Assembly: GCA_049297695.1 (NCBI GenBank)
Contig: JBAQUT010000021.1
Location: 583 to 64,582 of the forward strand
Direction of reading: 5' to 3'
From: Alphaproteobacteria bacterium
GTDB taxonomy: Bacteria; Pseudomonadota; Alphaproteobacteria; UBA2136; UBA6156
DNA: 64,000 nt
Shown here: positions 1 through 8,951 of the stretch, in pieces
How positions within the stretch are numbered: the stretch's first letter is position 1
Layout of the letters: each line of letters opens with the position of its first letter
Position numbers and translations under genes: made by a program
Notes under the pieces: generated by a model
What the model saw: only the letters and a program-made list of their open reading frames with translations
Told to the model about the DNA's origin: nothing
The model's database searches: none

Positions 1-367
1 ACTAGCGCGGTTGCGGAAGCGGCATATAAACTACCCGTCATAATTGCGGTTGCCGCTTTGGCTGGTTTGGAGAGGCTGCGTTTGCGCGATGAGAAAAGGT
101 TTGGGTTAGTGACGTGGGCAGGTATCTCAATACTATGAGGAGGTGAATGTTTTATTGGATTGCGACGTTCTGGAGAGGGAGTATAAACCACGACAGTTGG
201 CGTGTTAAGAATTGGTGCTGAAGGCGGTGGTGGTGGCGCAACCTGAACCTTCTGCACAACAGGCTCAGGTATTGCATTTGAAACCCGCTCGGCAAGCGAC
301 GGCGGTGGCGGAGCCACAGGCTTTGCTTCGTTCAGGCGCGTAATCAAGCTTTTTGGTTTCTTGCTCA
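1..367 (-). CDS. Pro-rich hypothetical protein, N-terminal part; continues beyond the window start
   Basis: Reverse-complement ATG at 365-367 opens a frame (MSKKPKSLITRLNEAKPVAPPP...APPPPPSAP...) that runs uninterrupted to coordinate 1. Absent from the ORF track because it is truncated at the edge. Confidence 0.3.
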
Positions 368-399
368 TCCCCCAAGTATGGGGCACCCAAGGGGGTATT

Positions 400-2055
400 T
401 CAAGGTGCCATCACATCTCGCAGGTGCCACGCCGCGGGTACGCGCCACTCGGGCTGGTTGTAGCCAAAACCGGCGGCTTCGGTGGGAGAAATCCCTTGGA
501 TGCGGCGGTGCACGGCCGTTAAACTGTACGGCGCGTACAGCCACAGGTACGGCTGTTCCTCATGCAAAATGGCTTGGAACCTGTCCAACAAGGCTTTGCG
601 CGCGGGCTGGTGAAACTCCCGCCGTGCTTGGTCCATCAGCTTATCCGCTTCGGCGTTGGCAAACCCAACAATATTAAACTCTTCCGGCTTGGTTTTGCTG
701 GAATGCCAAATATCATACGGGTCGGGTTCGGCGGAAAGGCTCCACCCCAGCAGTACGGCGTCAAACTCGCGCTTGCGGATGGTGTTGCTCACAAAGCTGC
801 TCCACTCCTGCACCCGTATCTTCATATCCACGCCCACCTCGCGGAAAAACTGCTGCATAATCTCGGCCGTTTTTTGGCGGGCATCGTTCCCTTGGTTGGT
901 GGTCAGGGTGAAGGTGAGAGGCTTGCCGTCTTTCTCCACCACACCGTCTCCGTCGGTATCGGCCCATCCCGCCTCGGCCAGAAGGGCTCGGGCTTTGGCA
1001 GGGTTGTAGGGGTATGGTTGCAGGCTTGTGTTGTACGCCCAGGTGCCGGGCTTAAACACCCCCGCCAGCGGCAACCCCTGCCCAAACAACACGGCGTTGA
1101 TGATGCCTTGCCGGTCCACCGCGTAACTCAAGGCCTGCCGCACGCGGGCATCGGCAAACACGGGGTTTTTCAGGTTGAAGCCCATGTAGGTGTAGCCATT
1201 GGAAAGGCTGCGGAGCTTTGTATAACGGCTGCTAAACCACGGTGCCTCGGTTTGGCGGTTGTAGGCCAGGGGCTTCAGGCCCACCATATCCACATTACCC
1301 GCTTTCAGCTCCATAAACTGAGTGTCTTGGTCGGGCACAATACGGTAACTATATTGCCCAAGGAAAGGTTTTTGCCAGCTGTGCGGGTTGGCAGTCAGCA
1401 GCACATCTTGCCCCTTGCGCCAGCGCACCAGCATGTACGGGCCGGTGCCAACGGGGTGTTCTTTCAGACGGGTTTGGTTGAAGTCGGCATCCAGCGCCAT
1501 TACGTGCTTGGGCAAAACGGAAAGCCCCGCCCAACTGGCCAAGGCGGGCACAAACGGTTCGGCGTAGGTCACGCGGAAGGTGTGGGCGTCGGGCGCCTCG
1601 GCTTTTTGCACCATCAGGTAATCGCCCGCATAGGCGGTTTGAGTGGCGGGGTTGGTGATGGCTTGGAAGGTGGCCAGCACATCCGCACTGCTGAAAGGTC
1701 TCCCGTCGCTGAACCGTACCCCCTTCCGCAACACGAACGTGATGGTGCGGCCTCCGTTGGATACTTCCCATCGCTCGGCCAGCTCGCCTTTCAGGTTCAG
1801 GTGTTCGTCATAGGTAAGCAGGCTGTTGAAGATAAGCCCGCCCAACTCGCTGGCGGAAGATTCTCCTGCCAAAAAAGGTACCAAGCCCGTGGCGTCTCCA
1901 GTGAGCGCAAGGGCAAAGCGGTCGCCTGCATCTGCCGCGCTGAGGGGCGGTGGTGTGGTGTAATCCGCCACGGGGGCATCGGGCTTGCACGCGGCAAGGC
2001 CCAAGGCCAACACAAGCAAGGCGGTGTGGAAGAATATGACCATCATACGCCCCAA
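400..2055 (-). CDS. ABC transporter substrate-binding protein, peptide/nickel family 5 (OppA/DppA/YejA-like); lipoprotein
   Basis: 551 aa. N-terminal signal with lipobox (LGLAAC). Overall length and architecture fit SBP_bac_5. Confidence 0.85.
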   Translation of the reverse strand: MGRMMVIFFHTALLVLALGLAACKPDAPVADYTTPPPLSAADAGDRFALALTGDATGLVPFLAGESSASELGGLIFNSLLTYDEHLNLKGELAERWEVSNGGRTITFVLRKGVRFSDGRPFSSADVLATFQAITNPATQTAYAGDYLMVQKAEAPDAHTFRVTYAEPFVPALASWAGLSVLPKHVMALDADFNQTRLKEHPVGTGPYMLVRWRKGQDVLLTANPHSWQKPFLGQYSYRIVPDQDTQFMELKAGNVDMVGLKPLAYNRQTEAPWFSSRYTKLRSLSNGYTYMGFNLKNPVFADARVRQALSYAVDRQGIINAVLFGQGLPLAGVFKPGTWAYNTSLQPYPYNPAKARALLAEAGWADTDGDGVVEKDGKPLTFTLTTNQGNDARQKTAEIMQQFFREVGVDMKIRVQEWSSFVSNTIRKREFDAVLLGWSLSAEPDPYDIWHSSKTKPEEFNIVGFANAEADKLMDQARREFHQPARKALLDRFQAILHEEQPYLWLYAPYSLTAVHRRIQGISPTEAAGFGYNQPEWRVPAAWHLRDVMAP

Positions 2056-2099
2056 GTGTAAAAGTGCGGGCGGTGATGGTCAAACGATATGGCGCGGCA

Positions 2100-2849
2100 T
2101 CAGGCGGTTTGCGGAACAGATAACGGTTGTTGAGTAACCGTGCTCTGCTCGGTTTGGCTGGGCGAACCCAAGGTATCTCCCGCCATAAAGTGCCACAAGG
2201 CCTGCTCGGCTTCGGCCCAAGCGCCGCGGGAAAGGGCTTGCGAAACCACACCGTGCACCATGCACAGTTTGGCGGCTTGGGTGGCATCCGCCCAGCGGCG
2301 GCGGCGGGCAGGGGTGTCTAATATGGCAAGGCAATCGGTGATCATGGCATTCAGCGGGTTGCCCGTAAGTTCGGCCATGTGCACCAGCCAGCGTTGCTCC
2401 AACGTCAGATTATCTTCAGCCGTATGGCTGGGGGAAGGGGCGTGCCGCGCCAGGCTTACAAGGGTGTTGGGAGGCACATGGGCCAAATGCCGTACTACGT
2501 GGCGTTGCACCATCACGCGGAAAGGAAGAACGTGCGTATGGGCCACATTGTGACCACGGCATACGGCTACCATGTCCATCATCCATTGGCGGGGGTCGGG
2601 CGTGCGGATAAAACTGCCGCGCCCAGGCGTTACATCCAGCAATCCTTTGGTGCGGAGCATCTGGATGGCTTCCCGCAGCGTGGTACGGGATACTTTGTAG
2701 TGTTGGCACAGCACCGCCTCGGTGGGCAGTTTGTCGCCGGGTTTTAGGGTTTCATCAGTAATACGTTTTTGAATATCATCGGCAATGAGCGTGCTGCGGC
2801 GGTTGCGGGAAACAAGCGGAGTAGAAGCAAAAGCAAACATATGAAGCAA
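2100..2849 (-). CDS. GntR-family transcriptional regulator (FadR/FCD subfamily)
   Basis: N-terminal winged-HTH (LPTEAVLCQHYKVSRTTLREAIQML) followed by an FCD-like helical domain. 249 aa. Confidence 0.8.
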   Translation of the reverse strand: MLHMFAFASTPLVSRNRRSTLIADDIQKRITDETLKPGDKLPTEAVLCQHYKVSRTTLREAIQMLRTKGLLDVTPGRGSFIRTPDPRQWMMDMVAVCRGHNVAHTHVLPFRVMVQRHVVRHLAHVPPNTLVSLARHAPSPSHTAEDNLTLEQRWLVHMAELTGNPLNAMITDCLAILDTPARRRRWADATQAAKLCMVHGVVSQALSRGAWAEAEQALWHFMAGDTLGSPSQTEQSTVTQQPLSVPQTA

Positions 2850-2909
2850 TCTTTCTTATTGGTTGTAAGCTTATCATACAATACAACTTATGATTGTAAA
2901 GTAAAGATT

Positions 2910-2929
2910 AAAAACCCCCAGGAAGGGGG
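2910..2929 (-). terminator. Rho-independent terminator downstream of ugd
   Basis: Hairpin cccccaggaaggggg, preceded on the plus strand by an A5 run, which is a T5 run on the minus strand, just after the ugd stop. Confidence 0.5.
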
Positions 2930-3011
2930 TGTGGTAATTGGGATAAAATTAATTTATATCAAATAAATAGAATGTTTTTAGCGTCATGAGGCATCCGGGA
3001 GTGTCATGATG

Positions 3012-4349
3012 CTAGGCATGTTGGCGCGGACGACCCAAACCGACGTAAGATATGCCCGAAGCCGCCACCGTGGCAGGGTCGTACAGGTTGCGCAGGTCAA
3101 TCAGCAGGGGGGTTTTGAGGCGTGTCTTCAGGGAATCCAAATCCAACCCACGGAAGTCCACCCATTCGGTGAGAATCACGGCGGCATCGGCGTGGGCTAC
3201 AGCATTCTCCGTGTTGGCCACATAGGCAAGGTGAGGCGAAGTTGGCATCAAGCGTTGGGCATGGGGCATAGCCTGGGGGTCGAAGGCTTTGATGGTAGCA
3301 CCAGCTTTGATAAGGGCGGGGATGATCGTCAGGCTGCTGGCATCCCGCATGTCATCGGTGTTGGCTTTAAAGGCCAAACCCAGCACGGCAATGGTTTTGC
3401 CACGCACGTTGCCGCCCATGGTTTTGATAATCATGTCGGCCACGTCGGCTTTAATCTGCTCGTTGCGGGCAATGGTGGTTTCCACCAAGCCTAGCGTAAC
3501 GCCATGGTCGCGGGCAGTTTTGGCCAACGCGTGGGTATCTTTGGGGAAGCAACTGCCCCCGTACCCTGGCCCGGGTTGCAAAAAGCGCGGGGCGATGCGG
3601 CTATCCAGCCCCAACCCTTTCGAGATACTCAAAATATCGGCGCCCACGGTATCGCACAACGCAATCAGCTCGTTAATAAAGGTAATCTTGGTGGCTAAAA
3701 AAGCGTTGGCGGCATATTTAATCAGCTCGCTGCTGGCGCGGTTGGTAACATGCAAGGGGGCGCCTTGGTCGGTCAGGGGTTTGTACAACGCCCGCAACAT
3801 GGCCTCGGCGCGGGGGCTTTCCACACCTACCACCACGCGGTCGGGCTTTAAAAAATCCCCCACGGCCTCGCCTTCCCGCAAAAATTCGGGGTTGCTTGCC
3901 ACGTCAAAATCCGCCGTTGGGTTGGTGGTTTTGATAATCGCCTCCACCTTGGCGCCCGTACCCACGGGTACGGTGCTTTTGGTCACAATCAGCGTGTAAC
4001 CGTTCAAATGTTTGGCCACATCGCGGGTGGCGGCTTCCACGTACTGCAAGTCGGCGCTGCCGTCTTCGTCTTGCGGGGTACCCACGCCAATAAACACGGC
4101 GTCGGCATGTGGCACGGTGTCGGCTAAATTGGTGGAAAAATGCAACCGCCCCGCCGCCACGTTGCGCTTCACCATCTCTTCCAAACCGGGTTCGTAAATG
4201 GGGATGATACCTTTATCCCGCAGGTTGGCAATCTTGGCGGCATCCACATCCACACAGGTCACGTTAAAGCCAATTTCGGCAAAGCAGGTGCCACTGACAA
4301 GGCCTACATAGCCGGTACCAATCATGGTGAGGTTGCGGGGGGTGTTCAT
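3012..4349 (-). CDS. ugd: UDP-glucose 6-dehydrogenase
   Basis: 445 aa. N-terminal Rossmann motif MIGTGYVGLVSG. Catalytic Cys region GGSCFPKD. UDPG/GDP-mannose dehydrogenase family. Confidence 0.9.
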   Translation of the reverse strand: MNTPRNLTMIGTGYVGLVSGTCFAEIGFNVTCVDVDAAKIANLRDKGIIPIYEPGLEEMVKRNVAAGRLHFSTNLADTVPHADAVFIGVGTPQDEDGSADLQYVEAATRDVAKHLNGYTLIVTKSTVPVGTGAKVEAIIKTTNPTADFDVASNPEFLREGEAVGDFLKPDRVVVGVESPRAEAMLRALYKPLTDQGAPLHVTNRASSELIKYAANAFLATKITFINELIALCDTVGADILSISKGLGLDSRIAPRFLQPGPGYGGSCFPKDTHALAKTARDHGVTLGLVETTIARNEQIKADVADMIIKTMGGNVRGKTIAVLGLAFKANTDDMRDASSLTIIPALIKAGATIKAFDPQAMPHAQRLMPTSPHLAYVANTENAVAHADAAVILTEWVDFRGLDLDSLKTRLKTPLLIDLRNLYDPATVAASGISYVGLGRPRQHA

Positions 4350-4441
4350 TCAAAATCTCCTCGGCGGAAAGCCCTACTTCGCCAAGGCTTCGTAGGGCAC
4401 ATTAAAAGCCTAAATGCGCTATGCTTATTAAGTCTTTTAAG

Positions 4442-4458
4442 TGGCAGGGGAGACAGGA
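4442..4458. repeat. Island att direct repeat (distal copy) tggcaggggagacagga
   Basis: Perfect 17-bp match to the 3-prime end of tRNA-Trp at 15112-15128. The GC/AT composition also shifts at this point. Confidence 0.65.
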
Positions 4459-4657
4459 TGGCCGTATCCCCTACTGCATTTAGTTATTTCAATACCTTAT
4501 ACTTCAATCACTAAGCGACTGCGTAACAAAACTTATAAAGGTTGCGTCACAATCTGGCAAGATCATTTCTTGGTTGCAAATGTGAATCCTTATATAGGAC
4601 TCTAACTCAAGGGAAAAAACCTACCTGACGAAAAACATCCACCAACTTGACGAAAAA

Positions 4658-5029
4658 TCAACGGGTGAGAGGTAGGGCTGTAAACCATGCCCCGTCTTGG
4701 TGATAACGGGCGACATGCGCTTGCCATGCTTCGGGGGTTTTGAAGCGTTGATGAATCAATCGGTGGCAGCGTTGGCAAAGAATATACGGGGCCAGCACGC
4801 TGTAGTCTTCGGAGTGGTAACAGAGGTTTTGACGGGTACGGCATATCTCGCAAGTGCCTGTGCTGGGGGGAGGCATCAAGCCCATCTCTATGGCCAGCTT
4901 GACCGCTTGCCATACTTTAACCCGCTGGTCATGAGTAAAGCCATTGTAGGCTTTTAGTGGGGGCCATTTCCAAACGGGAATAGGCAGGCCCCGTGCTGTG
5001 GCTTGGTGAAAAATGTCGTCAATATCCAT
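4658..5029 (-). CDS. Small Cys-rich protein with CxxC...CxxCHxxxH signature (possible HNH-type zinc-finger nuclease)
   Basis: 123 aa. CEIC...CYHSED...LCQRCHRLIH resembles the C-terminal His-Me finger/HNH motif. Island-borne. Confidence 0.35.
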   Translation of the reverse strand: MDIDDIFHQATARGLPIPVWKWPPLKAYNGFTHDQRVKVWQAVKLAIEMGLMPPPSTGTCEICRTRQNLCYHSEDYSVLAPYILCQRCHRLIHQRFKTPEAWQAHVARYHQDGAWFTALPLTR

Positions 5030-5370
5030 TACTGTCTCACCACCCTCAGGAACTCAGGCGATTGGAAAAACGCCTTCACCTTGCTGCATGAGTCAGGGCT
5101 TTCGCCTGCCATCTGGGCCTTCATGTTCATGCTCACGCCTTGCATGAAAATGGGCAGGTAGGTTTTTTGGTCGCTGGATTTAGGCGGAAAATGCCTGTCC
5201 AGCCACGTACCGATTTTCTGGGCGGAGGTGTCGGTATCATGGGCGCAGCCGATGCTACGGCCCAGCATTACGGCAAAGGTGGTCATGGTATCAATCTCGT
5301 GCTCGATAGCCGCCCAGCTGAGGGGCATTGCGAGGGTGAGAATCAAAACGGCTGAGAGGGTGGTTTTCAT
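5029..5370 (-). CDS. Small secreted hypothetical protein
   Basis: 113 aa. Clear signal peptide (MKTTLSAVLILTLAMPLSWA). Island-borne. Confidence 0.4.
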   Translation of the reverse strand: MKTTLSAVLILTLAMPLSWAAIEHEIDTMTTFAVMLGRSIGCAHDTDTSAQKIGTWLDRHFPPKSSDQKTYLPIFMQGVSMNMKAQMAGESPDSCSKVKAFFQSPEFLRVVRQ

Positions 5371-5383
5371 GGCGGTGCCTTTC

Positions 5384-5509
5384 TTAAGCCCAAATCATCC
5401 AACCGATACCAACACCAAGGGCCATGCCATACAGCACCATGGCGGCGTAGACGATAACCATCTCGGAACGGTTGGCGGGTTCAACGTGGGGTGGGGGTTG
5501 GTTGGGCAT
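5384..5509 (-). CDS. 41-aa hydrophobic mini-protein (MPNQPPPHVEPANRSEMVIVYAAMVLYGMALGVGIGWMIWA)
   Basis: ATG..TAA frame found by eye; not in the ORF track (<60 aa). Single predicted TM helix. Speculative. Confidence 0.2.
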   Translation of the reverse strand: MPNQPPPHVEPANRSEMVIVYAAMVLYGMALGVGIGWMIWA

Positions 5510-5781
5510 GGGGGTTGTCCTTTGCGGGTTGAACAAAAAGCCACCCGATAAAAGGTGGCTGGGTGTTCTTAACCGTCAAAGACAACGGCGTGGTGCTTTT
5601 CAGCTTACGCCTTGGACAGCACACCACCACCCAGCCATAAGGGCTGCGTGGGCTTGCGCCCAAACAGAAAACGCACCTGTTGTGGAGGTGCCTGCCAGTC
5701 TATGAGGGGTTAAGAGCCCCAGAACGTCTTACCGTTCCAACCATAATCTAATATGTCCAACGGGATATGGGAAGGGCAAAG

Positions 5782-6156
5782 TTACTTGGTGGCCTGTTTG
5801 GCATTCTTGGCCTCAAGTCTTTCACGGCGCTTGGCTTCCCGTTCCGCTTTCCGCACCGCCCTGAACATGGCGTCAATCTCCTTGCGGGCATCCCAATATA
5901 GGAAGGCCGCTTCGGGGTCGGGTTGGTACTGACACACCTTCATTGCCATTTGGCGCTCGGCATATTGTTTGGCGGTTAGGCTTCGGGCGTGCAGGCGGGG
6001 TGGTTTGTTCTTCCGTACCTCGCGGGCAAGTTGAAGGTTTCTCCGCCGTGCCTCGTTCATGGCCTCGGTGTTGGTGAAGTTTTTACGGCCTGATTTTGAG
6101 CCGTTGGAAGTTTGTTTCTTACTCTGCTTTATCGGGGTGCCGTTTTGGTTATCCAT
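5782..6156 (-). CDS. Basic (Arg/Lys-rich) hypothetical protein
   Basis: 124 aa. Strongly basic N- and C-termini (KKQTSNGSKSGRK...REAKRRERLEAKNAKQATK). Island-borne. Possibly DNA-binding. Confidence 0.4.
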   Translation of the reverse strand: MDNQNGTPIKQSKKQTSNGSKSGRKNFTNTEAMNEARRRNLQLAREVRKNKPPRLHARSLTAKQYAERQMAMKVCQYQPDPEAAFLYWDARKEIDAMFRAVRKAEREAKRRERLEAKNAKQATK

Positions 6157-6200
6157 ATGAAAGTGCTTTCATTTTGTAGAAGTATAAAAATACATACATT

Positions 6201-7916
6201 TTAATCTTCAAACTTTTGAGAACGAATCTCTTTCATCTCTCGCTCAAACTTAGCAAGACGTTCCTTATCGGCACGAATCTCATCCTCCGACATACCCTCG
6301 TACCACCACTCCTCAGGCTCCGATGGGTTAGTTCGGTTAGGTTGGAGGGCGTTGCCCTGCGGCGTTACCGAATGCGCGTGTGTTTGCGTGGGGTTTCGGT
6401 AGGTGTGCCGAGTGGGAGTTCCCCCGACAGCTTCCCACATGGTGCAAACGGCTTCCAAATCGGCGGCGACCTCATTCGGGTTACCAAACCATTTACGCGC
6501 CCTATAAGCCTTAACAAACTTGTCAAAGTACTTCATCATTGCGTCAAAATCTTCGGTTTGGGCCTTAGCAGTGGCTATCTTTTTTTCATCCCTCTTAGCT
6601 GCCTCCCTCATTTTGCGGGAGAAGTTTTGCTCGCTGTACTTACGGTTGGCGATTTTCTCTGCCTCAGCCTCAGGTACGCCATGAGCGATAAGGTGGTACT
6701 TGTATCGCTCAAAATCATCACCCGAAGTTGCTGCAAGAAATTTGTTAATAAACATCTTCGGATTCATAAACTTGTCATACAAAGGTTCGGCTAAAGCACA
6801 AGCGAACCCTAAAGACGGGAGTGTCGGCATATTGTGCAAGCGTTTGAACGAAGCCTTTTGCAAACCAGCCCAGCTGTAGGCTATCCAAGTGGTAAACGCC
6901 AAAGCCTTATCACGGGGTAGTTCCATACGGCGTAAGGTTTTAACCCAGCCATGCAAGTGGCCAACCTTAGGAGCAAAATAGGTTTCGTAAGGGAATGCCC
7001 GCGCATAGCCCTCTTGCCATGCGGCAAGCACTGCATCGTTCAGCCTACCGTTGCTTAAAGTCTTTTCCCTGTGAGTAGCATCTACAGCCTTTTGAGTACT
7101 TTCGGGTAATGGTTTGGTTTTGATTTCTTCCTCAACAATCTCACCCTCTTCATTCACGGAGTATGTGATGATGCCGTTCTTGTGCTTGGATTCATAAATA
7201 GCCCTTTCGGTAAACCCTGAAAAATCCTGTGGTCTGTTCTGATGAGCCATATACCCCTCTCCCCCGTTCAAGGGGGAGGTAGGGGGATATAAATCAACTG
7301 GAAGATTAACAACTGGTAATAGGATGGCAGGTTTTGGTGTAGGACAGGTGGAAGGTTCTGTAACCTCTTTGGAAGAAATGGCTAACTTGCATCTTTTTCT
7401 CATTCTTGCCGTTAAACATTTGTTTTTATTAAAGGAGCTGAGATAGATAGCATCTGTAACCTTTTGTAGGGGAACAGACCTACTGGACGTAATCTCTGTC
7501 ACGTGAGGCTTATCGGAGTGTGCGTCTGGTTCAGGATAAACTGGAAAGCTGGCGATAAAAATGTTAGCTCCCTGAAAACCATTAGCCTTACGTGTAGGGC
7601 TCACCTGAATCCAACCAGCATTCTTGACTGCTTCGACTCTAGCAAATGCACTCCTGCGCGTAATACCAAGTTCTTTGGCGATTGTCTGCATCTTGATGCG
7701 GCCCGATGCTGGACCAAAGTCCATATATTTGTAGATAGCCAACAAGCACTCTTTTTGCTTTTGCGTACGGCGTGAGCGCATAAAAGCGTTACGCCAATCC
7801 ATAATCTTTGCGGGGTTTTTACGGGATATAATCTTACGCTTCTTACCAGTAAAGCTGGCGTTGATAGCGTGTCTGTAAATCTCAGATACAGAACTGTGTT
7901 TGATGGTCTCTAGCAT
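6201..7916 (-). CDS. HTH-containing protein, putative island replication initiator / regulatory protein
   Basis: 571 aa. N-terminal winged-HTH-like segment (MQTIAKELGITRRSAFARVEAVKNAGWIQV) like plasmid RepA/replication-protein HTH domains. Large C-terminal domain of unknown function. Confidence 0.4.
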   Translation of the reverse strand: MLETIKHSSVSEIYRHAINASFTGKKRKIISRKNPAKIMDWRNAFMRSRRTQKQKECLLAIYKYMDFGPASGRIKMQTIAKELGITRRSAFARVEAVKNAGWIQVSPTRKANGFQGANIFIASFPVYPEPDAHSDKPHVTEITSSRSVPLQKVTDAIYLSSFNKNKCLTARMRKRCKLAISSKEVTEPSTCPTPKPAILLPVVNLPVDLYPPTSPLNGGEGYMAHQNRPQDFSGFTERAIYESKHKNGIITYSVNEEGEIVEEEIKTKPLPESTQKAVDATHREKTLSNGRLNDAVLAAWQEGYARAFPYETYFAPKVGHLHGWVKTLRRMELPRDKALAFTTWIAYSWAGLQKASFKRLHNMPTLPSLGFACALAEPLYDKFMNPKMFINKFLAATSGDDFERYKYHLIAHGVPEAEAEKIANRKYSEQNFSRKMREAAKRDEKKIATAKAQTEDFDAMMKYFDKFVKAYRARKWFGNPNEVAADLEAVCTMWEAVGGTPTRHTYRNPTQTHAHSVTPQGNALQPNRTNPSEPEEWWYEGMSEDEIRADKERLAKFEREMKEIRSQKFED

Positions 7917-8223
7917 ACGATTTCCCCATTTGCTGTTAGTATGCCCTATGATGGCTTCTGGTACTTTGGGTGCTAAATGATTAGCTTAAATAATGGATTC
8001 ACTTGGGAATCTCGGAATAAGAAGAGCACGTCGCTCCACGTACTCATGTTGCTATATCAACACTAGAAAGTCAACATAAACCTCCGAAATATCTAAATAC
8101 TTTTCAATATGTTGTGCCCGACTTTAAGGAGTTCAATCAGACTCCCAGAACATCAGCGGCATGGTAGGTGTAGTGTGAGGGGGTGGGGTAATCCCAGTTT
8201 TTCTGAAAGGTGGGGGGGGTAGG

Positions 8224-8778
8224 TCAGGCCCGTAGGTAGTTGTACAGGGTCTCGCGGCTGATGTTGAAGGCGCGGGCGAGTGCTGCTTTGCTCTCCCCGC
8301 TGGCGATACGGGTGCGGAGGTCTTGGGCTTGGGCATCCGAGAGTTTGAAGGCCCGCCCTTTGTACACGCCTTTCTTTTTGGCGATGGCGATACCTTCCCG
8401 CTGGCGTTCAAGAATGAGTGACCGTTCAAACTGCGCAACTGAGCCTAACAGATTTAGCAGCAGGTTTGCCATGGGACTGTCTTCGCCCGTGAACGTCAAG
8501 CGTTCCTTAACGAACTCAACGGCCACGCCCCGCTTGGTGAGTGTGTCCACGATGGTGCGGAGGTTACCGAGATTGCGCGCCAAGCGGTCAAGGCTGTGCA
8601 CCACCAGCGTATCGCCCTGCCGCACATAGGCAAGTGCCTCGGTAAGGGCGGGGCGGTCGGTGGTGGCACCGCTGCATTTATCATTGAACGTACGCTCAAA
8701 GGTCATGCCTTCTAACTGGCGCTCGGTGTTTTGGTCGGTGGTGCTTACTCTGACGTATGCGATGCGTTGGCCTGTCAT
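8224..8778 (-). CDS. Serine recombinase (resolvase/invertase family, Hin/Gin/Pin-like)
   Basis: 184 aa. Catalytic N-terminus MTGQRIAYVRVSTTDQ with the conserved Ser. C-terminal HTH (ALARAFNISRETLYNYL). Confidence 0.9.
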   Translation of the reverse strand: MTGQRIAYVRVSTTDQNTERQLEGMTFERTFNDKCSGATTDRPALTEALAYVRQGDTLVVHSLDRLARNLGNLRTIVDTLTKRGVAVEFVKERLTFTGEDSPMANLLLNLLGSVAQFERSLILERQREGIAIAKKKGVYKGRAFKLSDAQAQDLRTRIASGESKAALARAFNISRETLYNYLRA

Positions 8779-8790
8779 GTCTATCTCCTT

Positions 8791-8812
8791 GTTAAGATGT
8801 GTCTATCTTAAC
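8791..8812. promoter_or_regulatory. Palindrome gttaagat-N6-atcttaac immediately upstream of the serine recombinase gene (candidate res/operator site)
   Basis: Perfect 8-bp inverted arms with a 6-bp spacer, 13 bp upstream of the recombinase start codon. Confidence 0.35.
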
Positions 8813-8951
8813 TCTTAGACTAGCGTAGCCATATGTCATGTAAAGTGCTTGGGTAACCCTATTTTGACGGTTTGGGCGTCTTTTTTGACTGTGGTGTTGG
8901 GGTATAGGTCAAGTGGGCGGTAGCAAAAAGAGGCTATGGCGAATCAGTCTA

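Noticed and set aside
562-2061. 499-aa plus-strand ORF overlapping the entire substrate-binding-protein gene
   Set aside because: It is antisense to a well-supported CDS in high-GC DNA. The predicted protein is Gly/Arg/Val-rich and low-complexity. This is a typical shadow ORF.
2864-2903. ttgtaagcttatcatacaa near-palindrome as the operator of the GntR-family regulator
   Set aside because: It is only a 5-bp inverted match (TTGTA/TACAA) in an AT-rich region, which is too weak to call. It may simply reflect the GTTGTAAG motif family.
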